Shown here piece after piece: positions 27,830 to 32,000 of a stretch of DNA of 32,000 nt (its first letter is position 1; each line of letters begins with the position of its first letter). Below the pieces are notes generated by a model. It worked only from the letters and a program-made list of their open reading frames with translations. It searched no databases and was not told where the DNA came from. A program made the position numbers and the translations under genes. The DNA is from Candidatus Electrothrix sp. GW3-4 (GTDB taxonomy: Bacteria; Desulfobacterota; Desulfobulbia; Desulfobulbales; Desulfobulbaceae), in NCBI RefSeq assembly GCF_037902255.1, contig NZ_CP147990.1, positions 600,001 through 632,000 on the forward strand, read 5' to 3'.

Positions 27830-28165
27830 GGGAAATAGGGGACGTAGCCGGGTAGGTCCGCTTGAGTGCAACGAAAGCAGACGGTTCTTTGCCCGGATTG
27901 TCTGATTTCGTTGTACTCAATCAAGCCCTATGTGTCTGCGCAATGACGATAATGCACAGGCCGGGGTGATTATTCGGCATTCGGCATTCGGCAGGGGGCG
28001 GATCCCCGTGTCCGCCCTGTTCATCCGCCATCCCGGTATGTTCCAACAGGGCAGGCACAGGGGCCTGCCCCTACGAATCCACGGTGTATCCAATAATTCG
28101 CCATGTCATACAACCCGGACATCCAACACCGCCGTTCCATCCGCCTGCGACGTTACGATTTGCAC
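27830..28165 (+). repeat. Composite repeat U4: hairpin H (27852-27931), fragment-a, (cattcgg)x3 microrepeat, REPIN (27991-28074), RAYT leader plus ~21 codons (ATG 28103)
   Basis: It aligns with U1 over about 320 bp. MSYNPDIQHRRSIRLRRYD.. then diverges into the relB promoter region. Confidence 0.85.
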
Positions 28166-28223
28166 AGGATCATTGATATGCAGCCTTGCCAGCGTGTTGC
28201 ACATGTGCTACGCTAAAGCTACT

Positions 28224-28481
28224 ATGAAAACTGCAACCATACATGCTCGCATTGAGCCGGACACCAAAGAGAAAGCCGAAAAGGTTCTCCGAAAACTCGG
28301 ACTTACTCCCACCGAGGCAATACGCATATTCTACCGCCAAATTTGCCTCGGTAACGGACTGCCTTTCCCTGTCGAAATCCCGAACAGGCGTACTGCCGAA
28401 ACTCTGGAAAAGAGCCAACGAGGCGAGGAAGTGGAGGAGTTTGACAGCCTTGACGATATGTTTGACACTTGGCCCTTATGA
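28224..28481 (+). CDS. dinJ: RelB/DinJ family antitoxin
   Basis: MKTATIHARIEPDTKEKAEKVLRKLGLTPTEAIRIFYRQICLGNGLPFPVEIPN matches the DinJ/RelB consensus. The upstream part of the track ORF is repeat translation. Confidence 0.88.
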   Translation: MKTATIHARIEPDTKEKAEKVLRKLGLTPTEAIRIFYRQICLGNGLPFPVEIPNRRTAETLEKSQRGEEVEEFDSLDDMFDTWPL

Positions 28482-28750
28482 GAAAAGTTTCTCAGACGCG
28501 CCAGTTTTCAAGGGATTTGAAACGAGTCGCCAAGCGGGGAAAGAATCTGGATAAGCTCAAACGGGTTGTGACTCTCCTTGCAAAGGACCAACCGCTTGAA
28601 CCGAGGCACAGAGATCACGCCCTGACTGGAAACTGGAAGCATTCTCGTGACTGCCATATCGAACCGGATTGGCTTCTGATTTACACTTTGGGTGACGAGT
28701 CGTTGCGCTTGGAGAGAACAGGCACACATAGCGATCTGTTTAAGAAATAG
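28478..28750 (+). CDS. yafQ: YafQ family mRNA-interferase toxin
   Basis: ..F.RDLKR..KRGK.L.KL..V...L....PL....RDHALTGNWKHSRDCHIEPDWLLIY......L.LERTGTHSDLF. There is an ATGA start/stop overlap with dinJ. Confidence 0.9.
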   Translation: MRKVSQTRQFSRDLKRVAKRGKNLDKLKRVVTLLAKDQPLEPRHRDHALTGNWKHSRDCHIEPDWLLIYTLGDESLRLERTGTHSDLFKK

Positions 28751-28845
28751 GATTTTCCAGCATTCTCCCCCCCTTTCTCTCCTGCCATCCAGTCGGCTTC
28801 AACCAAGGCAGCCGCCTGCCCCGATAATCTGTGGTGCATAACGTT

Positions 28846-29003
28846 GTAAGGGCACGGCATGCCGTGCCCTTACAATAACCGCCCTTACTCGCCCGCGCCT
28901 CTACGGAATAACGACGGAAACACAGGGTTTCGTCAACAAACGCCCATGCCCTGCAACCCGGATATCCATTATCATTGTTCCATTCATTTGTCACAATGGC
29001 CGA
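28846..29003 (+). repeat. REP palindrome (28846-28873) plus degenerate RAYT leader/5' fragment (about 28935-29003)
   Basis: gtaagggcacggcatgccgtgcccttac is followed by ..atgccctgcaacccggatatccattatcattgttccattcatttgtcacaatggccgattattca (MPCNPDIHYHCSIHL..). The fragment ends exactly at the yoeB stop. Confidence 0.75.
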
Positions 29004-29270
29004 TTATTCATAATGTGACCACATCCTGAGAATATGCACGACATGTTGATCTGGATCAACGGAATACACCAGTCGATGCTGAATGTTTATCCGGCGTGAA
29101 TAAAACCCGTTGAGATTACCCACCAATTTTTTGTATGCCGGATAGCGGATAAAAGGATCCTCCTGCAGAAGCTGTAAGAGGCGTTCCGCTTTTGAACGCA
29201 GCCCAGCACGGCGTAGCTTTTTTGCATCCTTGACGGCCTGGGTCGATAAAATAACCTTCCATTTCACCAC
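29004..29270 (-). CDS. yoeB: Txe/YoeB family toxin
   Basis: ..L.GNLNGFYSRRINIQHRLVYSVDPDQHVVHILRMWSHYE carries the YoeB signature (L.G..SRRI...HRLVY.V). Confidence 0.9.
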   Translation of the reverse strand: MVKWKVILSTQAVKDAKKLRRAGLRSKAERLLQLLQEDPFIRYPAYKKLVGNLNGFYSRRINIQHRLVYSVDPDQHVVHILRMWSHYE

Positions 29271-29515
29271 TCAAGATCCTCAAGCGATGTTCCGTCCTCA
29301 AGCGGTTCGCGGGCCGCTTCCTGAATACTCTCCGCCATGCCGGGAATTTGGTTGAGGTACACTGTTTCCGCCATTGCATGCCAGTCTTCTTCACCAAGCA
29401 CGATGAAATTTTCTCCGTTGCGTCGGGTAACCCGTAATACCTCATGATTTTCAATGCACCGGTCAACTTCCGGCTTTAAATGCTGCCGAAAACGGTTCGC
29501 TGTTGTTTCTCTCAT
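29264..29515 (-). CDS. yefM: Phd/YefM family antitoxin
   Basis: MRETTANRFRQHLKPEVDRCIENHEVLRVTRRNGENFIVLGEEDWHAMAETVYLNQIPGMAESI. It overlaps the yoeB start by 7 nt. The start is at 29515 (GGAGG RBS), not the track's 29629. Confidence 0.88.
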   Translation of the reverse strand: MRETTANRFRQHLKPEVDRCIENHEVLRVTRRNGENFIVLGEEDWHAMAETVYLNQIPGMAESIQEAAREPLEDGTSLEDLEW

Positions 29516-29541
29516 AGCTTTTGCCTCCAATCTGAAATGAA

Positions 29542-29586
29542 AAAGCAGTATTGCTTTACAGTACTGCTTTGGGTGAAATTTGTCAA
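29542..29586 (-). promoter_or_regulatory. Predicted yefM-yoeB promoter and operator
   Basis: On the minus strand: TTGACA (29586-81), 17 nt, TACTGT. The 9-bp inverted repeat aaagcagta/tactgcttt (29542-50 / 29562-70) overlaps the -10 box. Confidence 0.4.
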
Positions 29587-29615
29587 GAAAGCGCGAAAAA
29601 GGGGACAGATTTATT

Positions 29616-30591
29616 GTGCGGCCGGGCAAGGTCGTGTAATCAAGCGGGTGTAAAGCCCGTCCCGGAAGGTTGGCCAGCCACCGGGTAGCAAGTCTTTGGA
29701 GGCTCTATGGTAACATAATGTTTTAAGCGTAAGATAGCGAGCAGATAGGCCGTAAGTCAGAGGTTGAAGGGATTGAGCCCCGTAATTGTCGCGTTGGGAA
29801 GGACGACACTGATATGTACGCAGAAAATCTGGACGCCAATCTGAAAGATTTGATAGATCGGCTGCACCGGATGGCGTACATACCGCAACCTGTCCGGCGT
29901 AAATATATACCAAAGCCGGGCAGCACCAAACAGCGTCCCTTGGGGATACCGTGCTTTGAAGACAAGCTTGTTCAGGCCGGGCTCGTCCAGATAATGGAAG
30001 CGGTGTACGAACAGGATTTTATCGAAAATTCGTATGGATTCCGGCCGTCACGAAGCTGCCATGACGCGCTCAGAGGTTTGGTAGATTCGCCGTTCAGAAT
30101 GCCGTGAGAAGGGGGAAAAGGGCAGAGACGTTTGATTTTCTGGGCTTTACTCACTACTGCGGCACGAGGAGGGACGGTACAGGGTTTCGGATGAAGCGGG
30201 TAACCGCCCGTAAGAAGTTTGTCGCCAAGGTGAAGATCTTTAAGGAATGGTTGAAGAAAGCCAGGATTTTAAAGACTGGGAAACTTTGGGCGATCGCCAA
30301 GGCCAAATTGAGAGGTCATTATAACTACTACGGTGTAACCGATAACCTGGTTGGAATCGCAAGATTTTTCGAGGCGGTAAAGAGGCTGCTGTTTAAGTGG
30401 CTGAACCGTAGAGGAAAGAGGAACTGTATCAATTGGGAAAAGTTCAATAAAATGCTGAAGCGATTTCCTCTTCCGAAACCACGGATTAGGGTCAGTATGT
30501 TCGGGACACCGTGAATTGACTATGTGAGGAGCCGCGTGCGGCGGGGCGTAGTCTGAGACCTTTTATTGGGCTGTTTGGAGAAACCGGTCTA
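29616..30591 (+). mobile_element. Degenerate group II intron remnant (approximate boundaries)
   Basis: GTGCG at 29616-20. It contains an RT/maturase ORF missing its N-terminus and its central RT domains. Only ~200 nt lie upstream of the ORF, too short for domains I-III. I could not fold a canonical domain V in 30515-30591. Confidence 0.6.
29814..30514 (+). pseudogene. Group II intron reverse transcriptase/maturase with an internal deletion and frame change
   Basis: The N-terminal part YIPQPVRRKYIPKPGSTKQRPLGIPCFEDKLVQAGLVQIMEAVYEQDFIENSYGFRPSRSCHDAL covers RT domains 1-2. The sequence then jumps to FDFLGFTHYCG...LRGHYNYYGVTDN (RT7/X maturase). The YADD catalytic block is absent. Confidence 0.8.
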
Positions 30592-30867
30592 CTCGACTTT
30601 CTTTATCAAGGTACTCAGTTTCCCGTTAAATGCCAATTGAAAAAAAATCTGTCCCCTTTTTCGGTCTTCAGCTTTCCGTGGTTTGCCCGTTGATATTTCA
30701 CTGCGTGCAAGGTATCATAGGTAAGTCTTTCTGTGTGGACCGGTTTTCTGCTGAAAAGATGAGCTCTTTTTTCTGTACCGGGTCGATCCTGCGGTGAGAA
30801 CATAGATGTCTTCCGGCCTGTCTCAGGTCAATAGAATATTTTTGCCTTGTCAGGATTATATAATACG

Positions 30868-31638
30868 ATGAGTGAAACACCGGCCAAGGTGGTGGCTATT
30901 ATTCCGGCTCGCTACCATTCCAACCGTTTTGAAGGAAAACCGCTGGCGCTGATAGCAGGTAAGCCCATGATCCAGCATGTGGTGGAGCGGGCCTGGCAGG
31001 CCAAACTGCTCTCCCGGGTTGTGGTGGCAACAGATGATGAACGGATAGCTGAGGCCGTTACCGGCTTTGGTGGTGAGGTGGTGCTGACTCGGTCCGATCA
31101 TGTCTCGGGCACGGATCGGCTGGCTGAAGCGGCTGAGCTGCTCCATATTGAAGAGCATAGTGTGGTGGTGAATATCCAGGGCGATCAGCCTCTGTTTCCC
31201 CCTGAGGTCATTGACCAGGTTGCGGGCCCCCTGCTGGAGGACCCGGCCCTGCCCATGTCCACCCTGATCTATAAGATTATCAGGCCGGAAGAGATCACGG
31301 ACCCGAATCATGTCAAGACCGTGTTTGATTGTGAGAGCAATGCCCTCTATTTTTCCCGCTCACCGGTTCCTTTTCAGCGCAACCCAGAGGAGGAGGTCCA
31401 GCCGACCTATTATAAACATCTCGGCTTTTATGCCTATCGCAAGGGTTTTCTCCTGACCTTTGTGGCCCTGCCGGAAGGGGAGTGGGAGCGCTTTGAAAAG
31501 CTGGAACAACTTCGGGCCTTGGAATACGGCTACCGGGTTCGGGTGGTCTTGACCGAGCATGACTCCATCGAGGTGGACACCCCCAAGGATGCCCAGCGGG
31601 TACAGGGGATGATCCAGAGCAGCAAGGTGAGCTTGTAG
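30868..31638 (+). CDS. kdsB: 3-deoxy-manno-octulosonate cytidylyltransferase (CMP-KDO synthetase)
   Basis: VVAIIPARYHSNRFEGKPLALIAGKPMIQHVVERA...VVVATDDERI...TRSDH.SGTDRLAEA...VVNIQGDQPL. I prefer the ATG at 30868 over the TTG at 30847. Confidence 0.9.
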   Translation: MSETPAKVVAIIPARYHSNRFEGKPLALIAGKPMIQHVVERAWQAKLLSRVVVATDDERIAEAVTGFGGEVVLTRSDHVSGTDRLAEAAELLHIEEHSVVVNIQGDQPLFPPEVIDQVAGPLLEDPALPMSTLIYKIIRPEEITDPNHVKTVFDCESNALYFSRSPVPFQRNPEEEVQPTYYKHLGFYAYRKGFLLTFVALPEGEWERFEKLEQLRALEYGYRVRVVLTEHDSIEVDTPKDAQRVQGMIQSSKVSL

Positions 31639-31667
31639 GGTTGTAGGGGCAGGTCCTGTGCCTGCCC
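31635..31667. repeat. REP element overlapping the kdsB stop codon
   Basis: gtagggttgtagGGGCAGGtcctgtgCCTGCCC. The kdsB TAG (31636-38) lies inside the first GTAG. Confidence 0.7.
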
Positions 31668-31727
31668 GCTAAACCATTGAAAATGATGTTGGCTAGGAGT
31701 ACGGCGTACTGTCCTCCTACAGCGTAA

Positions 31728-32000
<273 letters not shown>

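Larger units (their letters stand above)
29594..30663. repeat. 19-bp perfect inverted repeats bracketing the intron remnant
   Basis: cgaaaaaggggacagattt at 29594-29612, and its exact reverse complement aaatctgtcccctttttcg at 30645-30663. Confidence 0.8.

Noticed and set aside
27930-28223. N-terminal 98 codons of track ORF 27930-28481, and similar extensions of 23510, 24206 and 29629
   Set aside because: These extensions are translations of REP/RAYT-fragment repeats, such as LRNDDNAQAGVII. The real genes start at internal ATGs that have RBSs and family-typical N-termini.

Overview
This is a bacterial chromosomal window of mid GC content. The gene set and REP style hint at a Desulfobacterota-like organism, but that is a low-confidence inference.

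Positions 1-13.4 kb are mostly housekeeping genes: amrB (partial), a secreted DUF4434-like protein, tRNA-Pro(GGG), DUF4395, yjbQ, tmk, pdxA, a PilZ protein, yraN, secA and a GNAT. This stretch is interrupted at 1.9-4.9 kb by an AT-rich islet next to the tRNA. The islet carries an orphan 408-aa protein and a decayed ParE-type TA pair.

Positions 13.5-20.6 kb are one ~7.1 kb Rhs/YD-repeat lipoprotein toxin gene. A single in-frame TGA splits it, it ends in an AT-rich C-terminal toxin tip, and no immunity ORF follows.

Positions 20.6-30.7 kb are a dense accessory region.
- It holds five type II TA operons of five different families.
- A ~0.3 kb composite repeat separates them. The repeat is an 80-nt imperfect hairpin, then a RAYT 5' fragment, then a GTAG-type REPIN, then a second RAYT 5' fragment.
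- One intact REP-associated tyrosine transposase (RAYT) carries its own REP palindrome in-frame.
- An IS110-family element has CT cores at both junctions, a promoter that is split across the circle junction, and a readable bridge-RNA layout.
- An IS4/IS1634-like element is inserted in higB.
- There is a degenerate group II intron remnant.

The window ends with kdsB and the start of mdh. No CRISPR array or rRNA gene was seen.
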